Assembly: GCA_036172245.1 (NCBI GenBank)
Contig: JAYWIR010000074.1
Location: 248,001-312,000, forward strand
From: Raillietiella orientalis
Lineage: Eukaryota
Direction of reading: 5' to 3'
DNA: 64,000 bases
The translations under genes and the position numbers were made by a program. Below the pieces are notes generated by a model, which worked only from the letters and a program-made list of their open reading frames with translations, did no database searches and was not told the origin of the DNA. Positions 61,598-64,000 of the stretch are shown here, piece after piece; the first letter of the stretch is position 1; every line of letters starts with the position of its first letter.

Positions 61598-64000
61598 TGC
61601 CGGGACTCGCCACCTGGCGTCAAATACGCATCGCCAGCTGGAACGTCAACGGGCTTTGCGATGACGGCAGGAGACGAGACATAGCTGCCACCTTGCAAGC
61701 CTTCGACCTCGTGCTGCTGCAGGAGATCCATGAGATTTCCGCAGAACATGCGCGGGAGATCGAACGGAGAGCAGGTGGTCAGCTTATGTGGCGATGCGGC
61801 CACCGCCGTACGCGCGGGGTCGCTTTCCTTCTGAAGCCTGCCTTACAACGCGCGGTGCGGAAAGCTCGTTTCGATGAGGCAGGTCGGGTCGAGCAAATCA
61901 CCTTCAGGTGGTCCGACTCCATCAATCTCGTCGTCACGAAAGTGTACGCGCCGAGCGGCGGTCACGCGCGCGTGGCACGGACGGCGTTTTTCCGTGCGTA
62001 CAAGCGCGACTGGCTGTCGGAGGCAGGCGCGCGCACGGCGCACCTGATAGCCGGCGATTTTAATATTCGCCTGCTATCAGGTGCGGCGAGGACAGAGGCC
62101 ACCCCGGTTAACGAGATGTGCGCTGCGGTGCACGCATCCAACTTGTTAGCCGGGGATACCGGGATGGAACGGAGCGTGGACCACGTCTTCCTCGACGATC
62201 ACCTGCGCTGTCGCGTGTAAAGGCGAGGTAAGATACAGTCCGCAGTCTCCGACCACTCCCGTGTGGAACTCGTCATTCGCCCGCGCGACAGGGGGCCCCC
62301 CGCGCAGGCGTGGCGTCTACCGGGGGACTGGCTGACCAAGCCAGGCGCAGCGGAACACCTCCGCGCGTTCTTGCGAGGTTTCAGCCTGCAGACGCTCGAC
62401 GACTGGGACGATTTGAAAGTCTCGGTGCGAGAGTTCTGCCAACAGTTTACCATGGACCGTCTCCCGAAAGGATTTGGAGAAGGTGTTCGGAACGATAGGG
62501 CCTACCTGCAGGCCCGTCGTTACTCCCGAACACCAGACGTCCGAAGACTGGCGCAATTTAAAGCCGGGGCCGAGCGGCAGGCCTGGCAATCGGGGTCGCC
62601 CAGCCTGCTGGACGACGAAGGCCAAGAGCACTCGGCCCCGGCAGAGGTGAGTAGCCTAGTGCACGGCTATTATTCTTCCTTGTACACCAGGGTGCCTCCG
62701 GACCGGGAATTTTCCCAATTTTTGCTTCCGGACGGTGTTCCGGCGATCGGGGAAGAAGAGAGAGTACGCCTGGACGAGCCTTTCACGATGGGTGAAATCA
62801 TCACCCCAATAGGGAAGCTCAAAAGGCGGAAGTCACCGTGGGAAGACGGCCTGCCCGCGGAGTTTTTTCAGTGCTTCGCGGCGGAGCTGGCTCCCCTGGT
62901 GCAGCGGCTAACGCTGCTGATCCGGGAGACAGGAGACGTTCCCGCCTCCTTCCGATCGGCACGTATGCGTCTCCTACCGAAAGGAGGAGACTTACGGAAC
63001 CTCAACAATTGGCGTCCGATTACCGTACTGAACGCGGACGCCAAGCTGGTTGCGAAGCTATGGTCGGAGCGAATGGGGCGGGTGGCGGAAAGCTTCATCA
63101 GCCCGGAGCAGACCTACGCTGTTCCCGGGCGAAGCATGGACGCCAACCTGCTCTTCGCGAACACCTGGTTCGAACTTCAAAGAACCAGAATGAATGGAGG
63201 GAACAAGGTCGGCAGCCCGATTTGCAGGACGTCCGCTGGTGGTTCGCGGGATAGTAGGGAGAGAGAAGGGGCCCTCGCGGTCGCTGTCGATTTGCGGAAA
63301 GCATTCGACAGTGTCGACCAGGAGCTCCTGCTGGAGCTTCTGAAGCGCTTGGGCTTCCCGGCATCCTTATTGGCCTTTTTGCGCTCTTGCTGGCACGACG
63401 CGCTGACCAACATTTCTTTCAGGGGAAGGAACGTGTTCGGTGTGCCGGTGCGCCGCGGGATACGGCAGGGTGATAGCTTGAGCCCCTTGCTCTTCAGCAC
63501 CTACTTCGAGTTGGTGCTGATGGCATTCAGGGAGACTCTTGGTCGCCTGCCGCGCGTGTGCCCAGGTACACCGGCCTTGGCGGCGTATGCGGACGATCTT
63601 CTGCTGCTGCTCCCCATGTCCACCTGGGCGTCGGCAATCGAAAACTTTTTCGAGCTGCTGCGTCGCGGGACAGGACTGGAGGTGAACAGAGGAAAGTCGT
63701 CCGTTGTTGCAGTCGGTTCCTCGTGGGCAGAGCAGCTAGACTGGTCTTGCTTGGGGATCCGCACGGTACGGTACCTTAAGTACCTCGGTGTGCCGTTGGG
63801 GGACTACTCCCAACGGAACAATGGTCTTCCTGCCTCCAAAAGGCCGAGAGAGCGATCGGCCCGTTCCTGGATGGCAAGTTTTTCTTGCCGGAACGTGCCG
63901 TGCTGTGGAACACTTTCGTGGCCCCCCTGTTTCGCTCCTTGCTTTTTGTTTGTCTATCACCCCGTGGTGTGAGAACACGTACAAAGGACCTCCTCAGAAT
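61597..64000 (+). pseudogene. ORF2 APE endonuclease-reverse transcriptase; in-frame TAA at 62218-62220 and a frameshift at ~63815
   Basis: SWNVNG, LLQE, VYAP, GDFN, SVDHVF, SDH; NWRPITVLNADAK, DLRKAFD, RQGDSLSPLLF, AYADDL, KYLGVPL. Confidence 0.93.

Larger units (their letters stand above)
59922..64000 (+). mobile_element. Least-degraded copy: 5' UTR, ORF1 and ORF2 (APE+RT), running off the window
   Basis: AGACGTGT at 59927-59934; long ORFs at 60030-61559, 61597-62220 and 62263-63972. Confidence 0.95.

Noticed and set aside
61597..64000. RT as a prokaryotic system (retron, group II intron, DGR, CRISPR-RT)
   Set aside because: The RT is fused to an APE endonuclease, preceded by a zinc-knuckle ORF1 and present in many decayed copies. 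This is non-LTR retrotransposon architecture, and no CRISPR array or operon is visible.

Overview
This is eukaryotic repeat-rich DNA with no recognisable intact host gene. Both ends of the window (1-~19.6 kb and ~43-64 kb) are almost wall-to-wall copies of one L1/Tx1-like non-LTR retrotransposon family. Its ORF1 is Gag-like with two CCHC knuckles. Its ORF2 has an APE endonuclease, an RT with YADD and a C-terminal CCHC. At least two subfamilies are present, plus one fragment of a second LINE family. All copies carry stops or frameshifts; the least damaged is 59922->64000. The middle (~19.7-43 kb) is lower in GC and holds very decayed relics of the same family plus weak traces of other TEs. The copies are arranged non-randomly. 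(i) Six head-to-head junctions fit 5'-inversion (twin priming), and in five the inverted arm runs to within ~1-18 nt of a conserved 5' GGACGTGT (DPE-like) motif. (ii) Eight 3' ends abut another family copy directly, forming chains. (iii) The 3' ends share AATAAA plus a CCGG hairpin and lack a long poly(A) tail. (iv) ORF1 and ORF2 overlap as TAATG in two copies and as TAACA (no AUG) in four. (v) The endonuclease appears to lack the specificity hairpin loop known from L1 EN. One nested insertion has a clear 11-bp target-site duplication. Boundaries were placed by eye and may be off by a few to tens of bases.
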